DNA of 32,000 nucleotides from Candidatus Kuenenia stuttgartensis (GTDB lineage Bacteria > Planctomycetota > Brocadiia > Brocadiales > Brocadiaceae). The translations under genes and the position numbers were made by a program. The first letter of the stretch is position 1. Each line of letters opens with the position of its first letter. The stretch lies in assembly GCF_900232105.1 (NCBI RefSeq), contig NZ_LT934425.1:1230001-1262000 (forward strand), written 5' to 3'. The notes below the pieces were generated by a model. That model made no database searches, was not told the DNA's origin, and saw nothing but the letters and a program-made list of their open reading frames with translations. Of this stretch, positions 27,815 to 32,000 are shown one piece after another.

Positions 27815-29392
27815 TCATGCATCCAGAACCCTCTCTGCTTGTTCTTTGTCATAATCCATGATATAGGTAATGCCGGTGATATCTGTAGCTTCTCTCGTTA
27901 ATGTAAAAATATCATCCCTCGTTATATCGTTAACCGACCATCTCCGGGAACCGGCCATCAGTTGCCTCAATCCAGTTGCCAGGCGCTGATAATAAGAATA
28001 CATGCCAATGGCGCCTGTGGGAATATTGCCAAACCGATCCTTTACCTTTTGTGAGTAATAGAAGATTTGATCGGTGGAAGAACCATATTCCGAAACAGGT
28101 TTTGGCACTTTCCCTTCTGCCACCGCCTTGCCGATGGTATTGCCAACCATGGCGGCGCAAATGGTAGACCGTGACATCCCTACTGCCTTAATAAATGGCG
28201 ATAAGAGGGCAAAAGATTTATAAATATGGTCTTCCGAGACGAGACCCCCTGCAAGGACTATATCAGGGACATATTCGCCACGGTCCGCAAGCCTTTTGCA
28301 ATATTCATACGTTAATGCGGCGATATACACCGTTGGCAGTCCCCATTCATTCATCATACGCCAGGGACTCATGCCCGTTCCGCCGCCGGAACCATCGATT
28401 GTCAGGACATCTATCCTCGCCCAGGAAGCAAATTTAATGGCGCGGGCAAGATCGGAAGGCCGGTAAGACCCTGTCTTTAAAAAGACATATTTGGCGCCGG
28501 CATCTCTTAAATGCTGGACGTTATTCATGAATCCGTCAAATGCCCGCGACATGGCGTCCGGTATTGCGCAGATCCGTGTATGTCTTTCAAAACCCTTAAT
28601 CGTCCCGTTTTTAAATGCCTGCTGCGTAAGTGCATCTTCCGGGTCGGGAATGACTACATACCCAAGTTTTTTTAACCGGATGGCCTTTTCAATGGAGGTT
28701 AACTTTACCTCGCCGCCGATATTTTTGGCGCCCTGTCCCCATTTCAATTCGACGGCGTCCGCCCCTAATTTCTCAAGGGAGTAGGGCAATACCCCAAGGC
28801 GCCAGTCTTCCTGGTTTGCCTGAATTGCAATAAATCCATACCCATCCTTTTGATTATCTTTAAACGATTTGAAACGCCGCACTAATTCCGGGCTGTTTGT
28901 AACATTGCCGTCCGTTATGGTTGAATCATCATCCATCGCAGCCACATTTTCACCGAGGACAATGCCTGTACCACAGATAGCTGCGCCGGAGCCTAAAGAC
29001 TCAAAGTGGGTTTGGGCTATTTTCGTTGAACCAAGGCCCGTACAAATTATGGGGATACGCAATTTTAGTCCACCGTCCCTCCCCATTTTTGTTTCAATAC
29101 AGGCGTTGGTAAACAGGTCATATTCCTTTTGGTGATGTCCCGTGATTGAGCCTGTTATATTAAAATGAGAAAAATCAACGGGGAAATCCTTTTGTGCCCC
29201 TGCGGTAATTTCGCCAAACGGCACAGGATAAATCGCTTCAGGCCCCCTATAGGCGGATTTGCCAATTTCGCAGTATCCGGGGCAGCCATCCAGGCACGTA
29301 ACGCACATACCGCTCTGGGGCAATACCTCATCGCCTAAACGGGTCCACGTGCCTGTGGCCCTTGATTTGTTCGGGATAAACAAGGATCCCAT
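27815..29392 (-). CDS. FMN-binding glutamate synthase-like protein (GltB central/FMN domain only) with N-terminal Cys motif
   Basis: GADAVELKWGQGAKNIGG, DVLTIDGSGGGTGMSPWRMMNEWGLP, DIVLAGGLVSEDHIYKSFAL; N-terminus CVTCLDGCPGYC. No glutaminase domain. Confidence 0.88.
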   Translation of the reverse strand: MGSLFIPNKSRATGTWTRLGDEVLPQSGMCVTCLDGCPGYCEIGKSAYRGPEAIYPVPFGEITAGAQKDFPVDFSHFNITGSITGHHQKEYDLFTNACIETKMGRDGGLKLRIPIICTGLGSTKIAQTHFESLGSGAAICGTGIVLGENVAAMDDDSTITDGNVTNSPELVRRFKSFKDNQKDGYGFIAIQANQEDWRLGVLPYSLEKLGADAVELKWGQGAKNIGGEVKLTSIEKAIRLKKLGYVVIPDPEDALTQQAFKNGTIKGFERHTRICAIPDAMSRAFDGFMNNVQHLRDAGAKYVFLKTGSYRPSDLARAIKFASWARIDVLTIDGSGGGTGMSPWRMMNEWGLPTVYIAALTYEYCKRLADRGEYVPDIVLAGGLVSEDHIYKSFALLSPFIKAVGMSRSTICAAMVGNTIGKAVAEGKVPKPVSEYGSSTDQIFYYSQKVKDRFGNIPTGAIGMYSYYQRLATGLRQLMAGSRRWSVNDITRDDIFTLTREATDITGITYIMDYDKEQAERVLDA

Positions 29393-29463
29393 AATATACT
29401 CCTTTCCTTGTTGTTAACAAATTAACTGTTGGAATAGTTATAGCGCACCAGCAGATTTTTTGA

Positions 29464-30174
29464 TTAAAATCTGGTTGCCTTCTCTAATCCGTCCCACAAT
29501 ACCGTTCTTGCGTCAAGGAAATCAAGAGCGCCCTTCCTTATTTTTCTCTGCTCCTCTTCCGTTTTAGAGCAAAATACCAGAGAGTTTCTGATGTTTGCGG
29601 CATGCTCAACGTCTAATTCTATATGGGCAGAAAAGAAGAGTACTGCATCATCATTTAAACCGGCGCGTTTACAGCCTTCACGAATCGGCTGATACATGGT
29701 AGGCACAATATACTCAGTTCCTGGCCCCAATGCCCCCAAGGCTTCAACATAATCCATATAATGAATGTTCAGGTATTTTTCCACAAACAATTTTGTCTCA
29801 GGCAGCATTACTATATTGTTCAATGCCTGCTGGTCGGTATTAACTCCGGCTGCTTTCAGGAATCTGCGGAAGATTGCAGGGTGGGTAAGTTCTGCATCCA
29901 TGCCTTTTTTCTCTTCACTTCTGCCGCCGTACTCTTCAAATAAATTCTTAATTAACGGCGCCCTGCCAGCTTCGTCGGGACAAATAGCAATTGCACCCGC
30001 CAAATACCGTGAAAAATGCCTTGAAAAACAATAGTATTGTTCCGCATATAATTTTACTGCCTTCATATCTGCTTTTGTTCTGAATTTTTGCAAATATGGG
30101 TGGTCGTTAACCGCCGGATGTTTTAAAACTTCTGCTTCCAGTTTGTCAAAAAATTCGTCAGTTGACATAGCCAT
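29464..30174 (-). CDS. Haem-oxygenase-like putative diiron/iron-containing redox enzyme (TenA/PqqC/CADD-like fold)
   Basis: YAEQYYCFSRHFSRYLAGAI, LFEEYG, GTEYIVPTMYQPI, and the metal-ligand-like HxxxDxxH motif in AHIELDVEHAA. Confidence 0.78.
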   Translation of the reverse strand: MAMSTDEFFDKLEAEVLKHPAVNDHPYLQKFRTKADMKAVKLYAEQYYCFSRHFSRYLAGAIAICPDEAGRAPLIKNLFEEYGGRSEEKKGMDAELTHPAIFRRFLKAAGVNTDQQALNNIVMLPETKLFVEKYLNIHYMDYVEALGALGPGTEYIVPTMYQPIREGCKRAGLNDDAVLFFSAHIELDVEHAANIRNSLVFCSKTEEEQRKIRKGALDFLDARTVLWDGLEKATRF

Positions 30175-30334
30175 AATTATTAACTCCTCCTAAAAAGTAT
30201 GTAGATTTATCAAAATATCTTAAAATTCAAACAAAGAATCACTAACAATATACTGCACTGAATTAATCAATACACCTCCTTTCTGCTTCATACAGGAATT
30301 AAGAAAGCATTAAATTTCTTAAAATAATCCGCTC

Positions 30335-30742
30335 TTATTTTATACCTTTACTGTTCAGATGTTCGCTATACCTCTGATCCGTTTCCTTAATATGTTTATT
30401 CAGCCAATCGGTAAGGAATTTTGATACCTCTACGGTTAAGCTTACTTTTCCCGCATTGTAATCATTTTGAAGCGCTAATACCTTTGCAGTCATCTTGTCG
30501 TGTTTGTCCTTGTGCTCAACATATTCCGGATAATCATGTTGCTTAAATATCTTCTCTTCTGCGGCAAAATGGAAACCTGTGTAATTTATCAATTTTTTTA
30601 AAATATCACCAACAACGATCTTCCCCTTCCCCTGCCTCATAGCATCATCCAGATCGTTAATCATTCCTATTAGCTGCTTATGATGTCCATCAAACTCAGC
30701 AATTTTTACACTATACTCATCTTTCCAGGTCATTAACGGCAT
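30335..30742 (-). CDS. Bacteriohemerythrin
   Basis: FDGHHKQLIGMINDL, GFHFAAEEKIFKQHDYPEYVEHKDKHDKM, WLNKHIKETDQRY. Confidence 0.95.
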   Translation of the reverse strand: MPLMTWKDEYSVKIAEFDGHHKQLIGMINDLDDAMRQGKGKIVVGDILKKLINYTGFHFAAEEKIFKQHDYPEYVEHKDKHDKMTAKVLALQNDYNAGKVSLTVEVSKFLTDWLNKHIKETDQRYSEHLNSKGIK

Positions 30743-30822
30743 AATTCCATCTCCATAAATAATATTTCCTCTTTAAAAACCCAACGACTTTTTGGATATT
30801 ACGTAGACTGTAGAACTCAGTG

Positions 30823-30838
30823 AGCAATCGTTGTGCCT
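30823..30838 (-). promoter_or_regulatory. Candidate sigma54 (-24/-12) promoter upstream of hemerythrin
   Basis: Minus strand AGGCACAACGATTGCT: GG-N10-GC, matching TGGCAC-N5-TTGC at all but the first base; about 80 bp upstream of the hemerythrin start. Confidence 0.7.
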
Positions 30839-31015
30839 GAAAAAAATGCCTGTCTGTTATTTTGAAATAAATATTTGATATGATGAGAGTTATAACAATG
30901 ATGATATTTTTGTTACAGGATGGATAAGTTTTTGAGAGGGGTTGTTAGCAGATTTTTCCGAAAAATTTTCGTATATTGGCTATATGCTGGCAAAGCGTAC
31001 GAATTTTTTTCGCAT

Positions 31016-32000
31016 TCAGCACCATTCTTTGGTTTTGTATTCGATTTTTCGTGTAGATATACCCAATATTTTTGCAGCGGATTGTTTGCTGCCATTAGTT
31101 ATTTGGAGGGTTCTTTGGATGATCTCTTTTTCGGCTTCTTTTAAGGTAGTGCCTATGGGTATTTTAATTACCGGGATATATTCATTGTCCGGCATAATGC
31201 TCTCCGGCAAATGATCAACGGAAATGGTATCGCTTTTACACAATACAATAGCCCGTTCTATGGTATTTTGCAGTTCCCTGATATTGCCCTGCCAATGGTG
31301 GGAAAGGAGCGCTTTTATGGCCTCCGGGTCGAAACCTTTTATCTCTTTCTTGTATTTTTTTGCATATTTAACGGCAAAATAATTTGAAAGAATGGGAATG
31401 TCGTCTTTTCTTTCTCTCAGGGGGGGCATTTGAATGTTGATAACGTTTAGGCGGTAAAATAAATCCTCCCGGAATCTACCTTCGGAGACTTCTTCTTCAA
31501 GGTTCCGGTTTGTTGCGGCGATACACCTCACATCCACTTTTATGGTCTTTTCACCCCCAACACGTTCAAATTCTCCTTTTTCCAGTACGCGCAATAATTT
31601 GACCTGAACTTTCAGACTCATTTCTGCTAATTCGTCCAGAAAAAGGGTTCCGCCGTCTGCCAGTTCAAACCGTCCCTTTCGTGATTGTATCGCCCCCGTA
31701 AAGGCACCCTTTTCGTGTCCGAATAATTCACTCTCGAGTATTCCTTCAGATAGTGCGGCGCAATGCAATGCCACGAATGGTTTTCCGGCCCTTTCGCTCC
31801 TGTAATGTATGGCGTGTGCTACAAGTTCCTTTCCCGTTCCCGTCTCTCCCATAATAAGAACAGATGCCGTACTGGGGGCAACGTCTTCAATCATTTTAAA
31901 AATCCGATGCATTTGCGGAGAGCCGCCCACCAGCTCGGAAAATGTATACTTATCTTTCAGCTCTTCCTTTAACAGCCGGTTTTGGATTACGAGTTGTTGT
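31016..32000 (-). CDS. Sigma54-dependent transcriptional regulator (partial at the window edge)
   Basis: GETGTGKELVAHAIHYRSERAGKPF, GAFTGA, C-terminal Fis HTH. The frame stays open to the window end (…QQLVIQNRLLKEELKDKYTFSELVGGSPQM), so the track start at 31930 is internal. Confidence 0.93.
   Translation of the reverse strand, partial: QQLVIQNRLLKEELKDKYTFSELVGGSPQMHRIFKMIEDVAPSTASVLIMGETGTGKELVAHAIHYRSERAGKPFVALHCAALSEGILESELFGHEKGAFTGAIQSRKGRFELADGGTLFLDELAEMSLKVQVKLLRVLEKGEFERVGGEKTIKVDVRCIAATNRNLEEEVSEGRFREDLFYRLNVINIQMPPLRERKDDIPILSNYFAVKYAKKYKKEIKGFDPEAIKALLSHHWQGNIRELQNTIERAIVLCKSDTISVDHLPESIMPDNEYIPVIKIPIGTTLKEAEKEIIQRTLQITNGSKQSAAKILGISTRKIEYKTKEWC

Overview
This window looks like part of a planctomycete-type chromosome, possibly an anammox relative; that lineage call is impression only and was not tested. 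From left to right it contains: a PAS/GAF/GGDEF diguanylate cyclase; a repeat-rich 1.5 kb gap; a plus-strand regulatory and envelope block (NtrC-type sigma54 activator, a receiver plus degenerate SpoIIE-like plus RsbW-like fusion overlapping a STAS gene, TPR and secretin-N/TPR proteins, a BrnT/BrnA pair on the minus strand, TPR protein, histidine kinase, second NtrC-type regulator) leading into flgB-flgC-fliE, which is not followed by fliF; a small-repeat cluster that includes a disrupted GIY-YIG gene; thyX; a corrinoid adenosyltransferase; a PIN toxin with a small partner ORF; an Mrr-like endonuclease followed immediately by an attC-like site; pyruvate carboxylase; a DUF433/DUF5615-like pair with an internal stop in the second gene; gcvPB; and a co-directional minus-strand set (sigma54 activator, hemerythrin, haem-oxygenase-like putative diiron enzyme, FMN glutamate-synthase-like protein, RidA-like protein) with a near-consensus -24/-12 promoter in front of hemerythrin. 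The best leads are (1) the sigma54/hemerythrin/diiron/GltS-like/RidA-like set, (2) the receiver/pseudophosphatase/RsbW-like fusion with its overlapping STAS gene, (3) the integron-cassette-like Mrr gene, (4) a ~31 bp repeat inserted in a GIY-YIG gene where conceptual excision restores the frame, and (5) MITE-like families, one with a nested insertion. No CRISPR array, rRNA or tRNA was recognised. All family calls come from reading motifs, not database searches.
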